Source: Camelus dromedarius (taxonomy: Eukaryota). Taken from it: a stretch of DNA of 64,000 nucleotides. The first letter of the stretch is position 1; every line of letters starts with the position of its first letter. Below the pieces are notes generated by a model. That model was not told where the DNA came from, made no database searches, and was given only the letters and a program-made list of their open reading frames with translations. The position numbers and the translations under genes are program-made. This document shows positions 48,395 through 61,012 of this stretch, in pieces. The stretch is from the NCBI RefSeq assembly GCF_036321535.1, contig NC_087466.1:15810001-15874000 (forward strand), in the 5' to 3' direction.

Positions 48395-51300
48395 GTAAGG
48401 CGCGCGCCAGCTCCGTGGACTTGGGCAAGTGACTCAGGCTCCCTGGGCCTCAGTTTTCTCCCTCTCTAGCGCTGCTTACCTCACAGGCTTTTGTGAGCAC
48501 TTGCTGAGGTGACGCGGGTGTAGCGTCCAGGGCGGGTCCCACGGTCCGTCATTCCGGGTGCGGGCGCCGGAGGGAGGGAGTCGGCCCGGGGCCTCAGGCT
48601 GACCCCGCGGCGGCCTGAAGCAGTCCCCGACGGCTGGGCTGAGCGGGGCTGTCGCGGATCTCTCAGCCTCAGGTTTGTTTCCCTCTGGGCCCGCCTGTCC
48701 CTGTTTTATAATTGCTTAGAACTGAGGGTGCAAGATGGACTTAAAATGGATGTAAAAGGCCTGAGATGGGTTCCGTAGCTTGGACTTGAAGTTTATCGGA
48801 GACAAGGAGGGAGTAAAAGAATCATAACTATAGCGACTGTCATTATAGAATGCTTCCGGCAGTTTGTGCTTTTAATCTTCACCCAGTATGGAGGGATTCC
48901 AATATTACAGGTGAGAAAACAGAGGTATCATAGTGGGGTCAAGATTAGAACCCGAAGCCATGCTTCCAACCTACGCGCTGAGTCCTTCCGAAGCTCTGGA
49001 GCTCAGGTAGACTCCCACCTTGGAACGGTACCACATTTACATTCCATGGTGCAGAGCGTTGAACCTGGGGACGTTACAAGAATGAGGACTTGCATCCAAA
49101 GAGTCTTGACCTAAAAGGATTTTTCTTATTAAAAAGGAAACCTTTATGGATTGACGGATGGGTAGATATATGAGAAAGCAAGTGTAGCAGAATGTTAACA
49201 TGATTGATGGTGGGTGTATTCGGTGTGTTCACTGTACGATTTTTTCAACCTTCCTGTATATTTGAAAACTCATAATAAAATGTTGAGGGGAGTTAGGAAA
49301 CACAAACTATTAGTGCTAGCAATAGCAAGAGAATAAAACCAGACGTTGAATCTGAATGTAGTTGAGCCTTTTAAAATCAAAACAAACAAAAAATTAGGAG
49401 AGACACGTAACTACTGAGTATGTAGCTTTTTGGAAGGCAGATTGATCGTATATATCAGGCCCTGATTATACACATATACCTCTTGATCCAGTAATTCCAC
49501 TTGTAAGATATTATCACAAGGACATAAGAAATCCTCACAATAAATTTTGTGTATTCATTACATTCTGTTCAATAAAAAAAATTAAACTCCTGATAATAAA
49601 GGAGTGGTTCAGACAATAATATTGAATGTTACACAAGTATTAAATGATGTTTTGAAGGATATTTAGGTCATGCTAATTTGGTAATAATTAAAATTCATTT
49701 AAAATGTTCTACACATATGTGTTATGAAGGAATTTATTAAACTCGTTGACACCAGTTCTCTAGAGAATGCAGTTGTGGGAATTTTCACTTTGGATGTCAT
49801 ACACTTGTATAAGGTTGAAGATTGTTACTGCAACTGTTTTATTTTTATATTCTTAAAAAAGAGGAAATGTTATGCAATATTATTCAGTTGTGTAAAAGAA
49901 AATACTTTTTTTTTTCATTGCTTATAACAAAAAGGCATAGAAGAAAATAACCTTCCAAATGTTTGTGGAGATATCTCTTGATGAAAATGACTTCTATATT
50001 TTTATTTATGCTTTTCTGTGTTTATGAAATTGCCTGTAATTAGCATGTACTACTTTCATAATTGGAATAAAACAATAAATTATTTCTACAATAAAACAAT
50101 CAGAACCATCTGTTGTATTCTGGATTATGTAAAGCTTCCAGTTCTTTGCTGGCCTTCAGAAGGCAAGCAGGAAAGAGCCCTGACCAGAATATATAGGAGC
50201 TTATGTATCCTGAAAGCATCCTAAAGTCCAGATGCCTCCTCATTTTGGGGTTGTGCTTATGTGTGTTAAAACCACCCTCTGAGTCCTACCACTCCTACAT
50301 GATTGTTGCCTGGAAAGTGCTGTTGGAGACGGACGGGTAGTCTCCTAGGGAGACAGAAATGGAGTCAGCTAAGTGACCTAATAGGACTCTAGGTGTAAAT
50401 AGTAATGATTCAACTTGTCTTGTGCAAAGTCTTGGTTCACACCTAGCCTAGAAAATGTGCCCAGATGCGGGGATGCGACAAGTATGGCCTTTCTGGATTA
50501 GAAGAAGACAGCTAAACTGCTATGAGTCATTTGTGATCATCTAGGGAATCCCAAAGGTAGGTTTTATTTCTGTGAGCCCAGGTACTAACCTTTGCAGGTT
50601 AGAACCCAAAGGAAGCCAAAATTACTTGAGGCCTATGGGCTCCATTCTCTACTAAGGCCACAGATGCTAGGCAGGGACGTCCTTTTGAGCTTTTGCTCGT
50701 CCAGTTATTCAGCATCATCAACTGCATGTTATAATTTAGGACCTGTGTGCAAGCAGTGATACAACTCTGTCCTCAAGGTGTATATGCAAGTTACTATTCA
50801 GATGTTCATTTAGAGGACAGTTGTGATAAGGATAAACTGCTGTGAGACCACCTAATGCAGTCTTAGCAATTATATATAAGGAAGGCTTCCAAGAGAAGAT
50901 GTTTAGGTTGAGCCCTGAGGGACCAGTAGAAATTAACCATAGAGAAGAAGGGGAAGGCTTTTCGGACAAAAAGGACAGCATGAGCCATTGCTCAGATCAA
51001 AGAGATCATGGCAGGCCAGGGACAATCCCTACCACCCTACAGAATGGCTAAGGCAAAGAGTTCAAGTAGGAAAAAGTAGAGAGAAGGAGCTGGGGCTGGG
51101 GCTTGCAAGGCTTAGTCGACCATCTTATGGAGTTTGGACTCTACTGAGGACAGTGAGGAGCCATTGAAGAGTTCTAAGGAGTTATGTTGGGATGAGAAGG
51201 GGCAATTGAGGGGGTGGGAGGTAGGAGTAGGGCAGGAGACTGAGAGCTAATTTGACTGGAGGGTAGCTGCAGGACTGTAGGAAAGGAGAGGGAGTCAGGG

Positions 51301-51469
51301 AGAGATGCAGCAGCCATTATAGGGAAACTTGGGGAAAGAGGAGAGGTAATTAAGGGGTCAGGGTAGGAAGATTGCTGTGTAAATCACAGTGTAAGCCCCC
51401 TCCTGTGACTTCATTAAAAATCTACATTATCCATTGATGATTTTAAAGTTGTATTCGTATAGTTCTGGG

Positions 51470-51837
51470 AAGATGTGACAGTGTACTCAGATTAACCTAA
51501 AGCTGCATATAGTTAAAAACAGGTTACACGGGGGAATAACGGGAGTGGGTGCAGGTAGACACCAACGGGGAGACCACTGTGGTCACCCAAGCAAGAGATG
51601 CCAGTGGCCTGATATAAAGGGACAGAGGTAGACCCACTCCCACATTACTTCCCCATGTAACCAGCTAGTCAACAGACCACTTGGGGCTATCCCTGTTAAC
51701 TATATGCACCTTTAGGTTAATCAGAGAACACTGTCATATCTTTGGATGGACATACAGTCTATCTCCAAGTCCTATGATTTTGTGTCCTTGGGATACCTCA
51801 TATCCTATCTCATAGGACTTGGAGATAGACTGGATGT
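51470..51837. repeat. Compound inverted repeats (two adjacent foldback structures)
   Basis: Arms 51470-51516/51696-51742 (43/47 identical), 51522-51550/51632-51662 (~25/31) and 51750-51777/51810-51837 (27/28). Confidence 0.9.
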
Positions 51838-54800
51838 GGGAGCTGAGGAAGGAGAAGGAGTCCGGGTCAGTTCCCAGGTTTCTGGCTTGGGGTACTGGTT
51901 ACACAGTGGTATTGTTCTGAGATGGGCAATAAAGCAGAAGGAACTAATGTGGAGAGGATGAACAATGATGAGTTCAGATGTGTGTGAAGGACGTAAGAAG
52001 GAAGGATAAGATGTGATGGCTCCAGCTCTGTGTGCCTTCTCCACTGAAAACAATTCCAGGTGCATGACCAGGTGATGGTGGATGACACTGGAGTCCTCAG
52101 ATACATGGGATACAGGGAGGAGCTTTAACTATATGGGGGCCCAATAAAATTCATCATTGCTAATATGATGATAAGAATGGCACCAATGGGATTGTCTTCA
52201 GATTGAAAAGAAGCCTTTGACCGTGGCAGACTGTTAAGAGTTAATGCATTTCCCACAGCAAGCCATTTACTCCCTACTAGGGAGTAGGGCAGTGCCCAAT
52301 AAAAAATAATAATAAAACAATTAACAGTGGGGATAAAACATTCTATGAACCTGCCCATCTGGTTTCCTCCCTTTCCCTATGATGTCAGCCCCCTCTGGCA
52401 TGCCAGCCCTCTCTGCCAGGCTCAGTCATGAGCTTCTGCCAGACCCTCGCCCCTGGGAGCAGTGGGCAGAAGAGGAAGTGATGGGGGAGTAAACCATTGG
52501 TGGGAAAATGAGTCATCTCAGCGAAACTGGTCCAGGCTGGCAGGGAGGTCTTGGGCTGGGTCACTGTGGAATGTGTTTCTGGTCACTGCACCCCGGGAGC
52601 TTTCTGTCATTCTTTGCCACTATATTTGTGCGATGGAGTAAAATCAAATGTATTCTGGAGATCTACGTAATTAAGAACTGAGCCATGCAGGGGAGGAAGG
52701 GGAGAAGCAGCAGCAGAACTAGGAGGTTTGGAGAGAGTTTGGAGGGAGGTGCAGAGAGCTTTAGAGAAGCAAGTGTCATGTGTGGGAGGATGAGAAGAGG
52801 AAAAAGATGGGAAAGATAATTCAAGAAGAGTTGCGGTACGTTGTGAATATTATTCCCCTTTGATGTTCTCTTAAGAGACTGCAGAAAATCGTTAACATTT
52901 CCAGTTATTTTTGGATAATGAACTGATGTTTCTTTGAATGTGGCCAGGCAGATAGAAACCCAAGGGCCTGCTTTTATATGAGGTGCATTCAAAGCAGTGA
53001 GCATACTGAGTTTGTAGTAGCCTTGTTGCTTTATTTTTGCCAACTTGCTGTCTTCTGAGATGGAGTCCTCGAATAGCTTGTCATTGTCAAGGCTTCTTTT
53101 TCTTGGATTCACAGGGCTTCAGGGATCAGTGAGCCACTGCCTCCCCAGCAAAACCCAACCCATACCTCCCCCAGTACTAACATGTGCACAGTAGCTGACT
53201 CTCCTTCTGTCTGACTGAGGCTGGCTCTCCCCCTCAGCCAGCACATGTGCAGGGCTTCTGTGAATGTCACATTGACAAACGTTCCCTGGAGCTAGGCAGC
53301 TGGGGACGAGTTCTTTTATTATTCCATCCTTCTCATGGGCTGCCAGTTTGTCTTGTTAAGGCGCACTCCTTGATGGTGCCTGCAGGAGACCAGGTTTTTT
53401 TCCCTCATGGAATGCTTTGACCCCAGCTCAAAGAGCCCAGGGTTGTGTATGTGGCATCTCGGACTTTGGTAGCTTACCCCACTCCTTGCCCACTTGACAT
53501 TTGTTCACTCATTCAACTGAGTATTTACTGAGCTGCAGAACAGCCTGGCTCTGTGCCGAGTGCCAGGGACACGACAGTGATCAAGACCCAAATTGTGTCC
53601 TCACAATATTCACATACAACTAAAAAGGCGATGGCACCGGGTGCTCCTGCATCTCTTAACCCAGACACCATGGAGTGTTCAGGGAAGACTTCCTGGAGGG
53701 ACTGGCTTCTAAGCTGAGACCTGAAGTACCAGCTAGTGTTAACCAAGTACATGAGGAGAGAAGAAGAGCATTCCAGGCAGAAGGAAAAGCATGTGCAGAG
53801 AGAAAGCTGGGAGGACAGAAGAGGGCTTGGTTCTTTGGAGAAGCTGCATAGCTCAGCACAGTTAGGTGGGGGTGAGGGGTGTTTCTTTCTCACTCTAGAG
53901 CCACCAGTGACAGAGTGAGAAGCCCAAGTGTAAATCAGAGCCCAACTGGGTTAGATTATACATGTCGATGCTACGTATTTCAGCTGCTCGTACAAATGTT
54001 TATTGTATATCACTGACTAGGATGATTGTAAAGGGGGTGAGACTCTCAAGCAGTGGGGAGGGGAGAGCCTGAGGGGAAGAGAGTCTCACAGTCTTCTAGG
54101 GGAGCTGTGAAAAGCAAAAGGATGCTTGTTTGGAAGCTAGAAGGAAAGCAAAACAGGACCAAGCAAAACGCAGGGATCTCTTGTGGGCTTGAGGAAGACG
54201 GGCTGCAGAGGGGGCTGTATTCAAAATGCTGCGATGTTTATTAATAACTGTTAATTCCCCTAGAAACTGGAAGCAACCTCAGGGTCCATCCAGAGGGGAC
54301 TAGTTACGTGGGAGATGTGCAGATCTGAATACCATGCAGATGTTTAAAAGACCAAATCCATAATGTAGGTATGAAAAGATCTGCAAGATTTTTATGGAGC
54401 ACCTACTGTGTGCACTGCACTAGATGCTAGGGTCCCAGCGGTGGAGGAGACAGTGTCTGCCCCCCCCCCCCCGGAGAAAGCCCCATCTGCACCCCCTTAT
54501 CTTTGCCCTTCATGATTTGCCTCCACCAGTCTCTCCCTTACCTCCCCTTAGCCAGGTCTTCCAGCTTTTCCAGGATCTGCTGTGTCTGAAAGCCTTTACT
54601 GGGTCTTTCAGGGGCTACCTCTCCTTGGAACATTGATTTCCCCACATCTACCTCCCCAGTCTTTTTCCTGACCATACCCTCCTTAGCCTTCAGGTCCCTG
54701 ACTTAGTACGTTAGCATTCAGTGGTGCCAAGACCTGTGTGACCCCAGTCTAGAGCCTTCCTCCCAGTTTGTACCTCTGGAAGGCCTAGTTGTCCCCTATT

Positions 54801-55117
54801 GCTCCTTTCATTCCCTCAGTATTTTTGCCAGTTGATTTGTCTAAGCACATTTTAGAATCTTTTTATCAAGTTCTGTATGGTACCTTCTTTTCTTTGAAAT
54901 GATGTTGAATCTATAAATTTACACGGAGAAAACTTTTTTCCATTTTTGCTATAATTGGCTTTCCCATCCAGAAGTTTGGTATCGTTTTACATTTATTCAT
55001 ATCTTTTTTTCTTTTCTCATATTTGTGGCTAATCATTTTTATATTTATTGAAATCTGTATGTCTAGCACTGTGCTGATATCCAGGGACTTCCTGTAGTGT
55101 CTTTTTTTTTTTGTTGT

Positions 55118-55345
55118 TGATACCACTTCCAACACCAAATGTGTCATTTTTCCACACCAGTTCTCCAACACCAATTCGGTGTCCAATAATTCACTTCAAT
55201 TCTGACACTACCCAGAGTTAGTGCAGATCCCCACAGGTTAAGGGTTTAGTCCCACAAGACTTCCCCTCAGTTCAGATGCCAGCTGCAAATGGGGTTACCA
55301 GTCTACCCATACTTCTTCCTGGCTGACTTCAAATTTGGGGGTTCC
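55118..55345. mobile_element. ERVL LTR fragment (MER21/MER68/MER77 group)
   Basis: ttctccaacacc...gtgtcc...aattctgacact...cccacagg...agtcccacaagact...cagatgccag. Confidence 0.6.
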
Positions 55346-55707
55346 TATAGACTGAATGTTTATGTATCCCCCAAAATTCATATGTTGAAGCCTAACCCCC
55401 AATGTGATAGTATAGAAGGTGGCACTTTGGAGACGTAATTAGGTCATGAGTGTAAAACCCTCGTGAATAGTATTAGGGCCCTTATAGAAGAGGCCTCAGA
55501 GAGCTCCCTCGCCCCTTCCACCACAAGAGGACACAGGGAGAAGACGGCCATCTATGAACCAGGAAGTGGGCCCTCCCCACAACCTCCCAGCGTTGGCACC
55601 CTGATCTTGGGCTTCTGGCCTCTAGAACTGTGAAAAATAAATATCTATTGTTTAGAAGCCACAGAGTCTAAGATATTCTGTTATAGCATCCTAAACAGAC
55701 TAAGACA
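55345..55707 (+). mobile_element. MLT1A/B-like MaLR solo LTR
   Basis: tgaatgtttatgt...caaaattcatatgttgaa...ctagaactgtga...aaataaa...ttatagcatcctaaacagactaagaca. Confidence 0.8.
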
Positions 55708-55709
55708 GG

Positions 55710-56500
55710 AGTCATGAGTATGGAGATGGTATTCAAAACCTGGAAAATAGAAACCATGAGAAGCAGTCCAAAGACTGAGGCCTGGGACACTTCTTCCTTT
55801 CAAGGTCAGGGAGAAGAGACAGAAACAATAGATGAAGCTGAGGAGGAGCAGCCAATGAGACAGGAGGAGAACAGGCAGAGTCCCGGGAATCCTGGAAGCC
55901 AAGCGAAGAATGAGCTTCAAAGAGGAAGAGAGCACTGTGACAAGTACATCAATGAAGGATGCTGAGAACTGGCCCCTGGACTTGGCAGCATGGTGGTCAT
56001 GGGTCACTCCATAGACTGTTTTGGTGGAATGGACTGAAGAGAGAATGGAAAGTGTCTTAGTCTGTTTAGGCTGCTGTAACAAAATATCATACTGGGTGGC
56101 TTCAAGCAAGAGAAATTTGTTTCTTACAGGTCTGAATTGGAGACAGTGAGTACAGACAACTCTTTGGAAGAGAGCTGAAATGGGGTGGTAGGCAGAGGAA
56201 AATGTGTAGACAAGGGAGGTATTTTTTAAAGATGGGGGATGTAACAGCACATTTGTATGCTGCTGGGAATAATCCGGTAGACAGTGGAAATTGATGATGT
56301 AGGAGAAGGAGAAGAGGGAATTTCAGGAGTGGAGGGGATGGACTCAGCACCAAGGAGATGGCCCGAATGGTTGCTGCATGGTAACTGGACAGGAGACTGT
56401 GTGTCCATGCAAAAGTGGGTGTGTGGGTAGAGGTGGTGCTGGAAACGTAGGGAAGTTCATTAAAAGGATGACGTGAACTAAATCTATATGTTGTGACATG
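55710..56500. mobile_element. L2 fragment interrupted by an MLT1 fragment (56053-56135)
   Basis: L2-like ggaagccaag..gaactggcccctggacttggcagcatgg...ggagacagtgagtacagacaactc. Many further MIR/L2 fragments across the window are not listed individually. Confidence 0.6.
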
Positions 56501-57746
56501 GAAAACCCACTATCATCCCATTTTGGTAAAAAGAAAGAAAAAACTATATTCTGCATTAAAAAAAAAACCTAATTTTAAAAGTTATCTTTGAGTTGTAAGA
56601 TTACCATGTTCTAAATGTCTGCAGTGTTTGTTTTTGGTACAGTGAATACAGTTTGTTTTTGAAAGTAGAGTAATACAGATTTTTTTTACCCAAACAGAAG
56701 AAAATTACACAAAGGTTTAATAACATGTATACATGGGAAATACCCAGAAAAACTTAGTAACTCCTAAAACAGATTATTTTTAATTTTGAAAGACATTTCA
56801 TTAGAACAAAGCATCACTATAATATTGAAGAATTGGAAACAAGCTGTGTCCAATGATAAGGGATTATTTCAAAAGATTAATGATGAACTATTAAGAAGCG
56901 ATTGAAAAATCATGTTGTAGAAGGCTTTTTAAGGACATGGAAAAGCAAGTAACAAAAATGATGTACACAACATGATAGGTATTATATGAATATGGATATG
57001 TATATACGTACGCATAGAAAAAGTCTATATATATTTAGGGCAAAATATTAATAATGGTTATCTCTGCCTAGTTAATATTTATAATTTATACTTTGTGTTC
57101 TTCTGTATCTTCTACTTTGTACATTTACTGTTTTTGTCATTTTTAATGAAAAATGGATGTCAGGAAAGAAAACCAATTGGTCAAAAACTCCGTAAATATT
57201 TCATACATGTAATGACCGTGACATGGAGATTGAGAACAGCTGTAGTTGGTGGCACTTATTATGTTATTTTACTTTATAGCCTCACAGTAAAGGGCCCATA
57301 GATCCAGGAGGCTGATTTATATAAACTTAGATGGAAAACGGTCACAGAGGAGAGAGTCACAGAGGCTCCGGCCAGAACCACCTGACACCCCTGCTAAGGA
57401 AACAATACCTTTGGAGCCTCTTTGGGGATGTGTCTCCTAGAAGAGACAGATTTTTAAAGTCCAGCCTTGAGCTCTGACTTTGAGATCCCCAGTTGACAAA
57501 TTGGGGAGTATCAAGTGTTCTGCTTTTACTGAGAGAGAGTGACAACCTCTTTGCATCCCCTGCTGCCCTGGAGAGAACTGAGGTTCTGCAAACAGATGTT
57601 TAAAATGCAGGAACTGAGGGGCTGAGGCAAAGGGCAGCAGTCAAGAACTTCCTCACTGGTGTCCTGGCTGCCACACCAGGATGGGCCCCCCAGCCCATTC
57701 TCCTCAGTGATCCTCTGATCATGTGGGACCCCACCAATAGCCTTTC

Positions 57747-57989
57747 TTTAAATCTTTTTTTAATTTAGAAAATTTTAAAAATTTTTTCATATTCTTTTTT
57801 TTCTCTATTTTTTTTTCCATTGTAAAGCCCAGTATTTTATCCTTTTTCTTGGAGCGGGGGAGGGAGGTAATTAGGTTTTATTTTTATTTATTTTTTAATT
57901 ATTATTATTTTAATGGAGGTACTGAGGATTGAACCCAGGACCTCGTGCATGCTAAGCACACACTCTACCACTGCACTCTACCCTCCCCT
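57747..57989 (-). mobile_element. tRNA-Ala-derived SINE (long form) with extended ~100-nt tail
   Basis: 14-bp TSD with 1 mismatch: accaatagc(c/t)tttc at 57733-57746 / 57990-58003. Confidence 0.85.
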
Positions 57990-59486
57990 ACCAATAGCTT
58001 TTCAAGGCCGCTGGTGGCTTCAAGACAGAATCCATGTGTCTTAACCAGGCTCACAAAGCCCTGAAGGTCTGGCTACTGCTCATGTCTCCAGCCTTATCTC
58101 TCCTATACTCCCCCAAATCACGTCTCTGTTAGTCAGGTTGACCTTCCTTCAGCTGTCAACCTCCTCCTGGCCTTCAAAGCCTTTGAGTATGCGTGTTCCT
58201 TCCACCAGAAGAGCTCCCTGCACTTTACCTTAGCCCAGGTTCCAGCTCCTTTAGATTGTTGCTCAAATGTGACTTCCCAGAAAAGCCTTTCCTGCCTCCC
58301 AGGCTAGAGGAGAGCCCCCATTAACAGCTTTCACACCAGCCTATTGGTCTCCATCTTTGCCTTTGTCATAACTGTAATCACATCATCATGTGCATCTTGT
58401 TCAATGTCCATCTCCTCCACACATAAAGTGTAAATTCCATGAGGACAGGAGGACAGGTCTGACTTGCTCCCTTTCATGTCCCTAGGACTTAGATGGGGAC
58501 CTAGTACCAAGTGGATAAATCTCTCTTTTAATAAAATGAACAAGTGACTAAGAGGCAGGGCAGGAACTCTCAGTGTTTATCTTCTAAGTGGGCAAAGCAC
58601 TCAGACAGGAAAAATTAAATAAGTAATGGAGCATCTCTTTCTCAGGTGTCGAGGGATGTACATCTCTCTACCTAGCACCTAGCTTGGGGCCTGGCCCACA
58701 GTGAAAGCTCAGAGAATGTTGCTAGCTGAATAAGCATTACCTCGTCTATCTACACGTACTCCTCCCTCAGTGGTGATCTCATCAAGTCCCATGGCTTTAA
58801 ATGTCATCTATAATCTGATGACTCCCCAAATTATAGCTCTAGCCTGGACCTCTTCCCAGAACTCATATATCCAACTGCATATTTGACATCTCCACTTGGA
58901 GTGTCTAACAGGTGTCTCAAACTTAACATCGCCAAAACAACTTTTTGTTTCTGTTTTGGCCAGCTTTCCCCATCTCAATCTATTCTTCTCGTTGTTTAGG
59001 CCACAAGTCTTGGAGTCATGCTTGACTCCTCTCTTTCCCTCACACCCTGCATTCAATTAATCAGCAAATCTGTCAGCTCCACTTTCAGAGTATATCCAGA
59101 ATCCAGACACCTCTCATTCTACCTCTGCGGCTACCGTCCTGGTCCAAGCCACCATCACTTCTCACCTGGATTGCTGCAACAGCCTCTTCCTGTTCTCTTT
59201 GCTCCCACTGGCTTCCCCACACTTTGTCCTCCACCCAGTAGCCAGGTCCTCAAGTCTTGGCTCAAATGGCACCTTCTCAGAGAGGCCTGCCTGGAAACCT
59301 CTGTTGAAGACAAGACCTCTCACTCTGTCATCTTTGGTTTTTTTATTCTATTTTTTTATCCGTTGCCCTTATCAAGGTCAGGCATATTTTTGCTTATTTA
59401 TTATCTTTATTCTCTTGCTAGAATATAAGTTCCACAAAGAAGGGATCTTGCCTGTTTTGTTCTCTTGTACATCCCTGATAGGATTC

Positions 59487-60393
59487 TGATCACCAATTAA
59501 GATGTGTGGGGAGGTAGGGGCTTCCCTCACACCAACACACAATTCTCCAGATACCAGCTGGGTGTCCTACGACTCAACTCAATTCTGACACCTTCTACCC
59601 GGATATAGCATCAGATTCCATTGGTTAAGCATTCAGTCCTACAAGGCTTCCCGTCAAGTTCACTTCAGATGCCAGTTGCAAGCATAGGTTGTTACCTATA
59701 CTTTTGAACAGCTGACTTTAAGTCAGAGATTCCTATGACCCACTCCTTGAGTTCAATTAATTTGCTAGAGCAGCTCACAGAACTCATTTTACTTAGTGGA
59801 TCACTGGTTTATTATGAAAGGATATAACTCAGGAAGAGCCAGGTGGGAAAGACACATTGGACACAGTATGTGGGAAGGTGTGGAGCTTCCATGTCCTCTC
59901 CAGGGGCATCACCCTCCCTGCACCTCCNNNNNNNNNNNNNNNNNNNNNNNNNNNNNNNNNNNNNNNNNNNNNNNNNNNNNNNNNNNNNNNNNNNNNNNNN
60001 NNNNNNNNNNNNNNNNNNNNNNNNNNNNNNNNNNNNNNNNNNNNNNNNNNNNNNNNNNNNNNNNNNNNNNNGGGTGGGATTGAATGTTCCAACCCTCTAA
60101 TCCCATGATTGGCTCCACTCACAACCAGCCTTCACCTCAGGTGCTTTCCAAAAGTCAGCTCATTAGCATAAACCCAGTTGTGGTGGAAAGGGGCTTGTTA
60201 TGAATAACAAGGCACTCATTTTACCTTCATGGCTCTGAAGTGATTTCAGGAACTGAGGATGAGACCAAATATTATAACAAAAGATGCTCCTACTGCTCTT
60301 GTTGCTCAGAAAATTCAAAGGGTTTGGGGAGTTCTGAGCCAGGAACTGGAAAACGACCAAGTATATATTTCTTATCATGAGTCATAATATCAT
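59487..60393. mobile_element. MER21-like ERVL solo LTR (with internal N gap)
   Basis: Same core as the element at 55118, and ends ...tttcttatcatgagtcataatatcata. Confidence 0.7.
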
Positions 60394-60832
60394 AATCCCC
60401 AGCACCCAGACAGTGACTACTGACACTAGTTCTCTCGCCAGAATCTCTCAGCAATCATGGGTGAAGGTCTGAATGAACTCTTCAATTCTGGAGAGTCAGC
60501 TTTCCTCCTAGTCAGTGAATAAGAATGGAGATGCCAGAAATCAGATACCAACTACCTGTTCCTTTATCTGGGGCCCTAGAATAGTTGAGATTTAACTTGA
60601 GGCCACTTTGCATATAATTAAAGAGTGACAGCACGGTCACCTAGTGAGTCAGAGGGGGCTCCTAGAGCAGACTCAGGTCCTGCCTCTTAGTCTGTGCTGG
60701 AGGGAACTTGTTTTGCCATTGTTGGACATCCCATCCCTATGTGGATAAGTAGGCTCGCCCGCCTTGTGGTCTTTACACAGGGCTGTGAGTTTGGGGTCTG
60801 TGGCATTCGGACTCAGCCTAGATTATTTAGGG

Positions 60833-61012
60833 CACTGGTTCTCAACCTGGGGCAGTTTCACCCTCCAGAGGACATTTGGCACTGTCTGAGACATTTTTGG
60901 TTAACAACTGGGTGTGAGGCTAGGGACAGCCCCTGCACAATAAGAAACCTTTCTGGTCCAAAATGTTGGTGCTGAGGTTGAAGAATCCTGGTTTAGGGCA
61001 CCACCACTAACA
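60833..61012 (+). mobile_element. MER20-like hAT MITE (internally deleted)
   Basis: cactggttctcaacctgggg...ggacatttggc...gagacatttttggtt...gaggttgaagaatcctg. Confidence 0.75.

Larger units (their letters stand above)
47360..48680. promoter_or_regulatory. SRSF9/(DYNLL1) bidirectional CpG-island promoter
   Basis: Very GC/CpG-rich; NRF1-like TGCGCGTGCGCG at 48299-48310; G-rich tracts at 47814-47875. Confidence 0.8.

Noticed and set aside
55681-56250. 189-aa ORF
   Set aside because: Lies over decayed L2/MLT1 sequence; no intact RT motifs.
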